Origin: Octopus vulgaris
Lineage: Eukaryota
DNA length: 64,000 bases
Reading direction: 5' to 3'
Assembly: GCA_951406725.2 (NCBI GenBank)
Contig: OX597817.1
Coordinates: 162,130,001 to 162,194,000 of the forward strand
Shown here: positions 12,227-25,095 of the stretch, piece by piece
How the letters are laid out: every line of letters starts with the position of its first letter
Numbering within the stretch: position 1 is the first letter of the stretch
Notes under the pieces: generated by a model
What the model saw: only the letters and a program-made list of their open reading frames with translations
What the model was told of the DNA's origin: nothing
The model's database searches: none
Position numbers and translations under genes: made by a program

Positions 12227-12859
12227 GAGCTTGACGTCACCTTTACTGGCAACACACCCAAAGACCATAGCAGTTCGGGAAGACCTGATTTCCACGACGT
12301 CCATGTCACGTCTCAGCGTTTGCAGTATTCACAGAGCATTAAACAGCAGTCATGATGTCAGCATTTTGATACCCGATGCGAATTAACCTGATAAAGGTAA
12401 CTCTTTCCCAGTATTCAGATGTCTTCCAGTCCTCCACGTCGGCTAACTTTTTCTCAACTACAACTTTAACTTTTATGCCCTCCAACGCTGTTGTCTGTTC
12501 ACCAACACATAAAGCTGTTCAAGAATAAAGAAGACATAGAAATATCGTCAGATTTAATCGGAATATCTTATATAGCCCCGGCTTCACCAAAGCCTTGTGG
12601 TGGACGGAAACTGGAAAAAGCTCGTCATATAAACTTGGAAGAGCTAAATTACAAGAACATAAACAAACCAATATCCGTTGCCAAGCGATGGTGGGGACAA
12701 CCATAAACACACACACACACCTTATCGAAGGGCTTTCACACGTCTACCAAATTGACGCACAAGGCATATGGACGGCCTAGAGCTAAAGCAGAAGACATCT
12801 GCCCAAAGTGCCGCGCTGTGGAGCTGAACTTGAAACCATCTGAATGAAAAGTAAACATA

Positions 12860-13030
12860 GGCGCAGGAGTGGCTGTGTGGTAAGTAGCTTGCTAACCAAC
12901 CACATGGTTCCGGGTTCAGTCCCACTGCGTGGCATCTTGGGCAAGTGTCTTCTGCTATAGCCCCGGGCCGACCAATGCCTTGGGAGTGGACTTGGTAGAC
13001 GGAAACTGAAAGAAGCCTGTCGTATATATG

Positions 13031-13063
<33 letters not shown>

Positions 13064-13277
13064 TTGTGTGTCTGTGTTTGTCCCCCTAGCATTGCTTGAC
13101 AACCGATGCTGGTGTGTTTACGTCCCCGTCACTTAGCGGTTCGGCAAAAGAGACCGATAGAATAAGTACTGGGCTTACAAAGAATAAGTCCCGGGGTCGA
13201 TTTGCTCGACTAAAGGCGGTGCTCCAGCATAGCCGCAGTCAAATGACTGAAACAAGTAAAAGAGTAAAAGAGTAAAG
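12860..13277 (+). mobile_element. Full-length SINE family A (tRNA head, CORE-like segment, internal TA/TG microsatellite, CR1-type tail)
   Basis: GGCGCAGGAGTGGCTGTGTGG...GGTTCAGTCCC; tail GGTGCTCCAGCAT...TGACTGAAAC(AAGAGTAA)n; many near-identical copies in the window. Confidence 0.9.
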
Positions 13278-14237
13278 AGATTTGACATCATAGAAATTAG
13301 AAGACCAGAGCTCATGAAGTTTTTTCTGTTTGCTGCACTTTTTGAAATTTTAAAATTTACCCTGGCTCTGTGTTTGGTGAAGAAAGCGGAAAAGAGTTTA
13401 TCCCTTAATCAGAGACTTGGCTGCCATGGGAATTCTGCTTAACGAACCCCAAAAATTATTTCGTTACACCAGGCGTAAGTCCAGCAGAAACGGGATTTTG
13501 TGGTATTCATGCCTTTTTGAAAGCATTACTAAGTTAAGTGAAATAGCCGTTGCTGGAGATCGAACCTGGTTCGCAGATTAAGCCACACTAGTCTATCTTT
13601 GTATACGGCTATAATATACGCAGGCTCCTCTTTTATAGGATTGGGTCATTAAGCATAAATGGTTTTCTCAAAGAACGCGGCACTATGTTGGCTATTGCAT
13701 GCAAATTATGGACTCGACTGTAGACAGGCAGGAATCCGCTCTGCTCTGCTGAACTCGTGGGAGAAAAAGACGAGACGCAATGTGTGTGTGTAAAAGAGGA
13801 AGCGTTTATGTGTATATGTAAAAGATAGAAAAGAATACAATTGTGTGTGTGTGTGATGGAGAAAGATTGACGGGGATATATGGCGTAATTCGCTATGAAT
13901 TTGATAAACTAATTAACAAAGTGTGTGTGTGTATGCAGAAGGGAGTACGTGTCGATACATACCGATTGTGTCTGCTCGCTCACAATACATACGATTGTAG
14001 ATGTGTTACAGTAATGTGGTTGTGTGATTTTGCGTGTGTTATTCAACAACACTTAAAGCCAAAGCCGAGTATTGTTTGCAAGCCCACTCACATAGGCGAT
14101 CTTGTAGAATAGAGTGGAAAATGATTCCAGTTCGCCACAAACTGTAATTTCTTCGAAATCTATGTTTAAACATCAGAGATTAATAGTCAGTAAAACGAAA
14201 TTGGAAGTGTTTTAATTTTTTTTTTTTTTTTTTTTTA

Positions 14238-14438
14238 CTACCAACAAGGAGCTAAACACAGAGAGAACAAACAAACGGATTAAGTCGATTATATCGACCC
14301 CAGTGCGTAACTGGTACTTAATTTATCGACTCCGAAAGGATGAAAGGCAAAGTTGACCTCGGCGGAATTTGAACTCAGAACATAACGGCAGACGAAATAC
14401 CACAAAGCATTTCACCCTGCGTGCTAACGTTTCTGCCG
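14238..14438 (-). mobile_element. SINE family B
   Basis: Reverse complement of the 10906-11138 consensus. Confidence 0.8.
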
Positions 14439-14930
14439 AAGTGTTTTAATTTTTTGCCTTCCCCTCCACTCTTATAACTTCTTTCCGTAATTTTTTACTG
14501 ACTTTTTCGAAATATTATTATTTTTTCTTTACTTTGACGCTTATTTTTAAAATAAATCTCTACAAATTCAATAACTTGATAAATTTTCATTCCGCTTTTT
14601 TCTTTATAGAATTTATTGGCGGTGAAAGAAAAATCAAATTTTAAAAGACGTATACAAATCCAAAGAAATTTGTTTTTGGCAAACTAGATCATTTCCGACG
14701 CTATTCATTAGGATTACTTACAACACAACACAAACCCCCACAAATACTTACACACACACACACACACATACATACACACACACACACATACATCATACAT
14801 ACACGCAAACTACATACATCATACATACATACACACACACACATACATACATACACACACATACATACACACACACATACATACATACAGACATACATAC
14901 ATACACACACACATACATACATACATACAT

Positions 14931-14962
<32 letters not shown>

Positions 14963-15000
14963 TACATCATACATACATACACACACACTACATACATCAT

Positions 15001-15033
<33 letters not shown>

Positions 15034-15035
15034 TC

Positions 15036-15067
<32 letters not shown>

Positions 15068-15614
15068 TCCATACATACATACATACACACACACACACAT
15101 CCATCCATACATACATACAGACAGACAGACATACATACATACATACACACACACACATACATACATACATATATACATACATACACACACACACTACATA
15201 CATACATACAAGATGAGAATGCAGGAGAAAACATTGAACTCGACCCTGAGTATGTCCCGGAACCCCAAGAAATGATTACATACAAGAAAGCGTTGCATAC
15301 ACAGAAGGTAATAGGTTCCGAAAGAAACTTTATATCCCTACTAAAACCCCTTTCAGGACCCCTTGCTTATATACCAGGATCTATATGTGTGCGCGCGTGT
15401 GTGTGCTTAGAAACACCAGCGATTAAATTTATTAATTAACAATTCATCAGTTTCTATGCATCCCGGCTTCTACACTATTACACAAAGTTAAGCAACGAAG
15501 ACACATATTCGAATTCTGTAGAGTAAGACAATAAAATACCAAGTTGATGATTGCATTAAATATTATTTTAAAAATAATAAATTTTGGTTTATATAGAACA
15601 AAAGCGAATAATTT

Positions 15615-15646
<32 letters not shown>

Positions 15647-15924
15647 TGTGTGTGAGTGAGGGAGAGAAACAAAGAGACAGTAAGAAAGAGAGAGTGTGTG
15701 TGTGAAGGAGGGAGAGAAACAATGAGATAGAGTAAGAGAGATACAGAGAGCGAACGAGAACTAAATTCATACGAAGCTAGCCAACCAAGATATATATATT
15801 TACGTAAGGCGGTCACGTTTGTATTGTTCGCAAAATAGCGAAGAAGTTGTCGGTGGTAATTCCTGTTGACAACGAAAGTGAGGAAAATGTTATTTTTTTA
15901 ACACCCTTAGCAACCTTCTTCATT

Positions 15925-16127
15925 CTTTTACTCTTTTACTTGTTTCAGTCATTTGACTGCGGCCATGCTGGAGCACCGCCTTTAGTCGAGCAACTCGACC
16001 CCGGGACTTATTCTTTTTGTAAGCCCAGTACTTATTCTATCGGTCTCTTTTTGCCGAACCGCTAGGTGACGGGGACCGTAAACACACCAGCATTGGTTGT
16101 CAAGCAATGCTAGGGGAACAAACACAG

Positions 16128-16193
<66 letters not shown>

Positions 16194-16360
16194 ATACGAC
16201 AGGCTTCTTTCAGTTTCCGTCTACCAAATCCACTCACAAGGCACTGGTCGGCCCGGGGCTATAGTAGAAGACACTTGCCCAAGATGCCACGCAGTGGGAC
16301 TGAACCCGGAACCATGTGGCTGGTTAGCAAGCTACTTACCATACAGCCACTCCTGCGCCT
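15925..16360 (-). mobile_element. Full-length SINE family A
   Basis: Reverse complement of 12860-13277. Confidence 0.9.
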
Positions 16361-16507
16361 ATTGTATATAGCACGACAGTAAATTTATGAGTTAATGTTT
16401 GTTAAAGACTTAAGTCGAACATCAACCGGATTTATAAAAATACGCAAAATTAGATAAAAGTGTGTAAACCGTTCGAACAGGGATTTTCTTCTGCCATGCA
16501 AACTTTT

Positions 16508-16917
16508 GGATCTTTTCGGTTTGAACGGCAGTTTTTAAGAATAATTTCCACGTAACTAAACACTTTTAAACTTCGTATACTGGTAGAATGTGTTTACAAA
16601 ACATCTTTTTCTCTTGGCTTTATTGAGAAAATTCTATAGTTTGTAAGATATTTGTTGGGTTTTTTTCATCAATTTCTGCAATTTCAACCAATCAATGACG
16701 TCTATTGAGGTGAAAACATTCTGTGCCGTATGAATATGTCCCTCGTTTAAGAAACAGATTGGGTTTATTTACATTTGTGAAGAAGAAAAAAAAGATACCC
16801 TTCCCCCAACCCTAAAACAGATTGAAATGCAAATAGATCGATTCTAGGGTCACAATTATGGGTGACAATTTCATATGAGACCGCTAGAAAAAACTGCCGT
16901 TCAAACCGAAAAGATCC
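16508..16917. mobile_element. MITE with GG-terminal TIRs and 8-bp TSD (Merlin-like)
   Basis: Perfect TIR GGATCTTTTCGGTTTGAACGGCAGTTTTT; TSD AAACTTTT on both sides. Confidence 0.85.
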
Positions 16918-17269
16918 AAACTTTTTTTTCCCCGCCGAGGTCGACTTTGCCTTTCATTGTTAGGATTGATAAAATAAGTACCAGTTGAACACTTGAGGTT
17001 AATGTAATCGACTAGTTCCTTTCTCCCAAATTTCAGGCCTTCAGTAGAAAATATTTTACTATTATTTACTCATTTGTAAATACACGCACGCACAATCGTA
17101 ATTAATGCCATTTGAAAAGTATTTTGAGAAAATTTTATTGGAAAATGCTCGTTTTTCTTAAAATTATGACGGCGACACGTGTGAATTATTCAAAATTTCG
17201 CCTCCGAACCCAGTCTCGCAACAAATTCCGGTATAACCTTTTTTTTTAAAAAAAAAAACAATGTGAAAG

Positions 17270-17410
17270 GGCGATCCTTCGGTATAAGTACCGTAAGTGA
17301 CTTTTGTTTACATTTCTGAAGATAACAGAAACCCTTTTCTCCCCCCCCCCCCCATATATAAAAAAAACACTTTCTTGAAATGTATCCGGTACTTATACCG
17401 AAGTTATGCC
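17270..17410. mobile_element. 141-bp MITE with GG-terminal TIRs and 8-bp TSD (Merlin-like)
   Basis: TIR GGC...CTTCGGTATAAGTACCG; TSD TGTGAAAG on both sides. Confidence 0.8.
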
Positions 17411-17794
17411 TGTGAAAGATATTTGTAGAAAATTTCGTTTTAAAATGTTAACTTTTCTTTGTTATGAGGAAACAAAATCGGAGAGGGGCACACTTGTGTA
17501 GGTATGACCTGTAAATAAACGCGTCGTTGGGTTACAGGTTTCTGACGCGCTTTGTAGTAACTGGTTCATTGCATTTGCGATCGTGATAGCTAAGAGTGGG
17601 GCAGTGTCTATGCACGGAAACAGACGCCACGTGGTTACGAAGCGAACTTCATAAAGCTATATTGCCATTCCTGCGCCATATTGTTCTCATTATTAAGCCC
17701 CCAGCTTACTCCTGACTGAGCAGACTATGATCAAAGTTATTACAGCCATGACTCTTCCGTCGTTTTCTCGGACGTTGTATATCGGGGACTACAT

Positions 17795-18221
17795 GGCAAT
17801 CTTTCGTCTCTAGTAGACCTTTCCGTCGATTTCCGTAAAAAAATTTTTTTTTTTTACATATGAGCTTGCGGGAACTTTTGAAGTAATGAGAGCGAAAGAG
17901 ACTAAGAGAAAGCGATTGTATGACGAGGGAAGTTCTTTTGAAGTCACCGTGCATGGGAGCATTGATGGACATGTGGGTGTGTGTGTGTGTGTTTGATGGG
18001 GTGTGGGAGACAGAAAGTATGTTGTGTAAGTGAAGTGCTTCTGTTAGTGTGTGTGAAGAGAGAGAGTAATGTGTGAAAGAAAGAGATAACTGAAATTTTT
18101 TACTCGGTGTATGTGTATATGTATGTATATTACTTCAAAAGTTCCCGCAAGCCCATATGTAAAAAAAAAAAATTTTTTTACGGAAATCGACGGAAAGGTC
18201 TACTAGAGACGAAAGATCGCC
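17795..18221. mobile_element. MITE with ~90-bp TIRs and 8-bp TSD (Merlin-like)
   Basis: TIR GGC(A/G)ATCTTTCGTCTCTAGTAGACCTTTCC...; TSD GACTACAT on both sides. Confidence 0.9.
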
Positions 18222-18486
18222 GACTACATTATCCAGTTTGCTTCTTTATTTGCAATACGTTAGGAAATGTAATCCGGTGAACATTTGGCTGCTATTTCTA
18301 GCTGCTCAGGTGACCATTTTGATGCTCCTTCATTAATTGGTTTTGTGACCCGTTTTATTTTTGTTGTTCTTTCCTTTTCATGGAAATGTTGACACAATAT
18401 TCAGCGAAGTCCAGACTTGCCATGCACCACCACCACCAACGTACAGTTTAAAAACAATTTTCTTTTTGGATCATTGTCTTTTTTTT

Positions 18487-18700
18487 TACTAGTTTCAGTC
18501 ATATGACTGGCCATGCTGGAGTACCGCCTTTAGTCGAACAAATCGACCCCAAGACTTACTCTTTGTAAACCTAGTACTTATTCTATCGTTTTTTTTTTTG
18601 CCGAACCGGTATGTTACGGGAACGGAAACACACCAGCATCGGTTGTCAAGCGATGTTGGCGGGGACAAACACAGACACACAAACATATACACACACATAC

Positions 18701-18751
<51 letters not shown>

Positions 18752-18830
18752 CATTGGTCGGCCCGAGGCTATAGCAGAAGACACTTGCCGAAGGTGCCAC
18801 GCAGTGGGACTGAACCCGGAACTATGTTGT
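18487..18830 (-). mobile_element. SINE family A, partial
   Basis: Aligns to family A with an internal deletion. Confidence 0.8.
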
Positions 18831-19116
18831 TCATAATTGTTTTGTTTTTTTTTTTTATTACAGATTACGACTTTGACAAAAAAAATTAAATACAATTTTG
18901 TCAAATAAACATTTTTTCAATTTTGTTATCCCTCCTCCACCCCCACCCCATACTATGTTTGGTCAGTTGGTGGGGGGAGAGGTTACACGTTTAAAAATGC
19001 AGAAATTGTGATTCTGAAAAAAATAATTTTCTTCAGAATATCAGTATTTTTTGTTGCAATTACCGATTGATTACGATAATTTTCCACTTTCATTTTGTGA
19101 TCATAAAACGAAAGAA

Positions 19117-19151
<35 letters not shown>

Positions 19152-20007
19152 CTGCTAGCGGATTAATTTAGTCGCCTAATGTTGCTTAGCCTAAGGTTAA
19201 CGCTGATCAAGCACACAAATCATCAAAAGCATTCCTGTTTTCTGAGAGGAATGCAGTAGCCCTCCCTTCTTTTCAGTCGGCACGACCTCAGGGGAATTCG
19301 GCAAAGCAGAACAGGACTGCTTTTGTCGCTACCCCTCTCCTGTTGATATTCAGGTTTTGGCAGAATCATTAGCACGGCAGGCGAAATGCCGTTAAGCATT
19401 TCGTCTGTCTTTTACGTTCTGAATTCAAATTCCGCCGGGGTCGACTTTGCCTTTCATCCTTTTTGGGTCGATACAATAAATAAGTAATCGACTTAGCCTC
19501 TCCCCTAAACCTGCTGGCCTTGTGCCAAAATTCGAAACCAATATTTAAGCTTACACGCGCGCACACACTCACACACACATCAAAACAGGAGACTGGAAAT
19601 ATTTTTGTTTTAATCTATTCACCATTACACGTGTTTCGTTTGCTAATAGGGATTACAAAATTGACAGGTACAGTTTTGTAACTCCTGAAACGCATGTAAT
19701 GATTAATAAATAATCTTTTCTACTATAGACACAAGGCCGGAAATTTTGCGGGATGAGTCTAGTCGATTGCATCGACCCTAGTGCTCGACTGGTACCCATT
19801 TTATCGACCCCAAAAGGATGAACGGAAAATAAATGATACTAAAAAGTTTTTAATTTCCTATTTTGATACTTCTCTGCAGAAAATATTTTCTAGTATTTTC
19901 AACTTTTATGCATGTCTCACACAAATGTAACAGATACATACGGATTCGGAATACTGAAATAAGCAAGAGGATACAGCTTGGGTTTTAACTGGACATACAT
20001 TATATAT

Positions 20008-20408
20008 AGGCACAGTAGCGGCTGTGTGGTAAGTAGCTTGCTTACCAACCACATGGTTCCGGGTTCAGTTTCACTGCGTGGCACTTTGGACAAGTATCTT
20101 CTACTATAGCATCGGGCCGACCGAAGACTTGTAAGTGGATTTGGTAGGCGGAAACTGAAAGAAGCCTGTCGTATATATGTATATGTGTGTATATATATAT
20201 ATGTGTGTGTGTGTCTGTGTTTGTCCCCCTACCATCGCTTGACAACCGGTGCTGGTGTGTTTACGTCCCCGTAACCTAGCGGTTCGGCAAAAGAGACCGA
20301 TAGAATATTAGGCTTTCAAAGAATAAGTCCTGGAGTCGATTTGCTCGAGTAAAGGCGGTGCTCCAGCATGGCCGCAATCAAATGACTGAAACAAGTAAAA
20401 GAGTCAAA
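20008..20408 (+). mobile_element. SINE family A, followed by a second 3' half (about 20460-20635)
   Basis: Aligns to 12860-13277. Confidence 0.85.
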
Positions 20409-20789
20409 GATATATATGTGTGTGTGTGTATGTATGTATATGTGTATCTCTGTTACCCCAATATCGTTTGACAACCGATGCTGGTGTGTTTACGTTCCCG
20501 TAACGTAGCGGTTCGGGAAAAGGAACTGATAGAATAAGTACTAGGCTTACAAAGAATGACTCCTGCGGTTGATCTGCTCGACTAAAGGTGGTGCTCCAGC
20601 ATGGGCGCGGTCAAATGACTGAAACAAATAAAAGAGGCTATGCTGGAGGACCGCCTTGAGGTGTTTTAGTGGAAGTAATCGACCTAAAGACTTTCTTTTT
20701 AAAGCCTAGTACTCATTATATCGCTCCTTTTGGCCGCACCGCTAGGTTACGGGGACAGACACAAAGGCACACGCAGAGATACATACATA

Positions 20790-20885
<96 letters not shown>

Positions 20886-21427
20886 AAAGTTTGTGTGTGT
20901 GTGTATGTCCCTTATGCATTCCAAAACCGAGTTGCCGATTTTGACGTATGGGGTATCAAAAGATTCAGTAAGTTTTTGGCTACCAACTAAACTATATTTT
21001 CATTCACTTATTTGCATTGCAAAAATTTAACATTGTCATTTTTCTTTTAATCACCTACTGTAAACGACATCTTTTACCACAACGACGAAGACGTCACATT
21101 TTCTATATGAGTATGTTCGCGCGTTGGTTACGTATGCTAGGCCGATGACTAACAAGTATATGTGTATGACGGTGTTTATGCCTGTCAGTATACATACATT
21201 TTGTGACGACACACACATCTGAAGACACAGACAGACATACACAGGGACAGACATAGGCTTAAGGTGTGCGTTAATGTATGTCTGTGTGTGAGTCTTAGTA
21301 TATGTATATGACTTTATCTCCCACCCAACAGTGAAACGCGTTGATATTGAAAGTTACAACTTCCAGGTTTTTCATTAGAAAGTGAAAATACTTTCACACT
21401 TTCAATTTGAACCAAAATTACAGTGTT

Positions 21428-21947
21428 CGACTACGACAGAAGAACTAACGTCAGCGTGCTACAAGAAGCAAAAATGACCAGCATCGAAGCCTATGTCATC
21501 AAAGGCCAACTAAGATGGAGCGGCCACGTGGTTAGAATGACTGACGAACGACTTCCCAAACAGATCTTCTACTCCCAACTCAAAGACGGCAAGCGTACAA
21601 AAGGAGGCCAGAAGAAACGCTACAAGGACTCCCTGAAATCGAACCTCAAAAAGTGTGACATTGACTTCACCAACTGGGAGGAAACGGCAAAAAACAGACC
21701 ACTCTGGAAAACCACCATCCATGAGGGAACGGCGACTTTCGAGTCGAAAAGGTCTGCAGAGCTGGAGGAGAAAAGACGACGACGGAAGGAGCGCCAACAA
21801 CAACCACGTGCGACTCTCCCTTCCGGCACTAGATGTCCGCACTGTGACCGATCTTTTCGAGCAAGAATTGGTCTTATCAGTCACCTGCGGACTCACCAAT
21901 AAATTTGCGCGAAGACCATCATCCTCGACCTTGAGGGATTGCCATAG
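21428..21947 (+). mobile_element. 5'-truncated RTE-clade LINE: uninterrupted ORF C-terminus plus short 3' UTR
   Basis: 159-aa frame with QLRWSGHVVRM, RLPKQIFYSQL, GGQKKRYKDSLK and terminal C2H2-like CPHCDRSFRARIGLISHLRTH*; possible short TSD AGTGT. Confidence 0.9.
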
Positions 21948-22104
21948 TAGTGTAAAGAATGAAAGTAATGTTTCACTGAATTAGTCACATCTGTATTATA
22001 ATAAAAAAAAGTTTCTTAGGCGATCTTTCGTTTTGACTTGCAGAGCTGTCACGTGCGTTCGTTAATTTCCGTAATGTTTATTTATTTATTTATTTACTTT
22101 TGTT

Positions 22105-22630
22105 TTAAAGTGAAAGAGAGAAGAAAATGAAATATGTATATACGTGTATATGAAATGGAGGTGTGTGTGAGAGAGAGAGAGAGAGGGGGAGGAAGAGAGA
22201 AAGAGAGAGTGGAAGGGAGAATGAGAGTGAGTGAAGGGGTGTGTTGTCATGTATACGTACATACATCAATACATATGCATACATCTTTTTTGTATGTACA
22301 TGTGCGTATGTGTGTGTGTGTGTGTGTGTGTGAAAAAGAGAGAGTGCGTGAGTGAGTGAGTGAACGTGTGCATTCACATGTATGTGTAAGTGGCACTCTC
22401 TCTCTCTCACTCTCTCTTTCTCTCTCTCTCACACACACACACATCCATTTCATATACACGTTCATACATTTTTCACTTTCTCCTCTCTTTAAAACAAAAA
22501 TTCTACTCAGACAAACATTTATAAAATTATACACATAAACATTGTTTTAAAATAAGCCAGAAACAAAAGAATTGCATTAAAAGACATCAATTCCTCTATA
22601 TGTTATGAGGAAATACCGTCACTCTGTCTT

Positions 22631-22667
<37 letters not shown>

Positions 22668-23010
22668 CAAAAAAGATGCATGGCATATGTATTTATGGCC
22701 GAAGGTAAAGAATACGCACACCCGGTGTATAGGGTTAGGGTTACGCCGAAAACGGGTGGTGTACGTATTCTTTACCTCCGCCTATTTATGTACGTGTATA
22801 TGAAAGATGTGTATGTGTGTGTGTGAGAGAGAGTGAGAAAGAGAGAGAGCAAGAGCGGGTGAGTGACACTTACACATGCATGCAAAAAATTCATACATCA
22901 CAACACACACCTTCACTTAATCACTCACTCTCTCCCTCTCTCACACACACATGTCCATTTCATATACACGTACATCTTTCACTTTTACCTCTCACTCCAA
23001 AGCAAATGTC
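22105..23010. repeat. Foldback-like array of alternately oriented degenerate units
   Basis: ACGTGTATATGAAA (about 22142, 22792) and its reverse complement TTTCATATACACGT (about 22448, 22958) alternate. Confidence 0.55.
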
Positions 23011-23376
23011 GCCTCTTCACTTTATCCTCTCTTTCAATTTCTGCTCTCTTCAAAGTATGAATAAATTAAAAGAACTTTACGGAAAATATATGATCCCATA
23101 TATGTCGAGTTGACATATATGGGCAAGGACAATACGCGACTTCGTTGAAATAGTCCTTCCCGCAAAGCAAATTAAATAAAATTTGGGAGATTTTGCGGAG
23201 GGTGAAAGTGGTAACAAAAACAGGACAGTGAGAACAAAACAGTAAAAACAAACGGTGAAGGCTGTTAAGCCAAGACAATAGAAAAAATATTATGAACACG
23301 AGGAGGACGAGCTTACATAAAACAAAACACGCAGTGGGACTGAACCCGGGGCCACATGATTGGGAAGCAAGTTTCT

Positions 23377-23608
23377 TATTTCTTTATTGCCCACAAGGGG
23401 CTAAACATAGAGGGGACAAACAAGGACAGACAGACGGATTAAGTCGATTATATCGACCCCAGTGCGTAACTGGTACTTATTTCATCGACCCCGAAAGGAT
23501 GAAAGGCAAAGTCGACCTCGGCGGAATTTGAACTCAGAACGTAGCGCCAGACGAAATACTGCAAAGCATTTCGCCCGGCGTGCTAACGGTTCTGCCAGTT
23601 CGCCGCCT
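23377..23608 (-). mobile_element. Full-length SINE family B inserted in a family A head
   Basis: Consensus match; GGGAAGCAAG(TTTCTTA) duplicated around it. Confidence 0.85.
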
Positions 23609-23936
23609 TTTGGGAAGCAAGGGGAAGCAAGTTTCTTACCACACAGCCACTCCTGCGCCTATATTGACAACATTATATTTAATCTGGTTGTGTGGTTTAG
23701 AAGCTCTCTTTACAACTACGTCGTTTCGGGTTTGGTCCCATTGCGCTAGAGACATTAGTCAAATCGAGTCTATGATAAAAAAAAAAGTTAAACTTGCCGT
23801 CGGTGCCACGAATAATCTACTCACGCTTTCATATTTGCAAGGTCATTATTTAAGTTAGCGGTTTTACTGGTGCTAATAAGCGTAGAAGTAGAGATTATTT
23901 TCAGAGACATTAGCCTGAGAAAAGAGGTGAGTCATA

Positions 23937-24345
23937 TACTCTTTACTCTTTTACTTGTTTCAGTCATTTGACTGCGGCCATGCTGGAGCACCGCCTTTAG
24001 TCGAGCAAATCGACCCCGGGACTTATTCTTTGTAAGCCCAGTACTTATTCTATCGGTCTCTTTTGCCGAACCGCTAAGTAACGGGGACGTAAACACACCA
24101 GCATCGGTTGTCAAGCAATGCTAGGGGGACAAACACAGACACACAAACATACACACATACATATATATATATACATATATACGACAGGCTTCTTTCAGTT
24201 TCCGTCTACCAAATCCACTCACAAGGCTTTGGTCGGCCCGAGGCTATAGCAGAAGACACTTGCCCAAGATGCCACGCAGTGGGACTGAACCCGGAACCAT
24301 GTGGCTGGTTAGCAAGCTACTTACCACACAGCCACTCCTGCGCCT
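23937..24345 (-). mobile_element. Full-length SINE family A
   Basis: Near-identical to other young copies. Confidence 0.9.
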
Positions 24346-24387
24346 ATGTGAACACTTTTCGTAGAACTGATACATTGTGTGGCATGG

Positions 24388-24545
24388 TGCAGAGTCCTGT
24401 TGTCAGACACAGGATCTTCCAGCAACCACGCTTTCCGTGTTGAGTCTGAGGTCGTGTGGGAAGATGATTTGAGGCATAACATCGCCATTACTAGTGATCA
24501 CTTCAAACACCATGATGTTGACTGGATGTTTGATTTTTCATCACA
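24388..24545 (-). pseudogene. Second maT-type transposase fragment
   Basis: Minus translation KHPVNIMVFEVITSNGDVMPQIIFPHDLRLNTE...VAGRSCV*QQDSAPCHT. Confidence 0.7.
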
Positions 24546-25027
24546 CTCAGTTCAGTACATATCCTCAGCTTGACACCCAAACACTCTGAAATGTTCGTAG
24601 TTGATTAGAATGGTTGAGGTGAAAGAATGACCTTCATGGGCCTCCAATAAGGACACCGATTCTCAAACTGATAATTATCACCCCCTCCCTAAATACCAGT
24701 TTCAAATTTGGGCACAGGGTCAGCAATTTGGTGGGAAGAGCTAAGTCGATTAAATTGATCTAGGTGTTCAACTAGTACTTATTTTATCGACTTCCCCCCT
24801 TCCCAAAGGATGAGGGACAAAGTCAACCCCGGCGGAATTTGAACTCAGAACATAAAGACGGACGAAATGCGCTCAGCATTTCGCTCGGCATGCTAACGAT
24901 TCTGCTAGCTTAGCCCCTTACCCACTCTAAATATCAATAAATCTCTTTGGGCTTCTTCCACATCCTCCTTTTTCTTTTATAAAGCGGCAAGATAGAGTAC
25001 AGCCATATCATTCTTCTTTCATCATAG

Positions 25028-25028
<1 letters not shown>

Positions 25029-25095
<67 letters not shown>

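Larger units (their letters stand above)
11223..12570 (-). mobile_element. Decayed Tc1/mariner transposon, maT (DD37D) type, with two SINE insertions
   Basis: Minus translation WQQDSAPSH...NQMDYCVW has 37 residues between the Asp residues; C-terminus RLEAVVEAEGGYFD*; degenerate TIRs bounded by TA at 11221 and 12571. Confidence 0.8.

Noticed and set aside
13540-13700. B-box-like GGTTCGATCTCC (minus) and ATGCAAAT octamer
   Set aside because: Isolated short motifs without a tRNA fold or snRNA body; expected by chance
15210-15312. Possible exon DENAGENIELDPEYVPEPQEMITYKKALHTQK ending at AAG|GTAATA
   Set aside because: No polypyrimidine acceptor; acidic stretch resembles a Tigger-type transposase tail; unsupported
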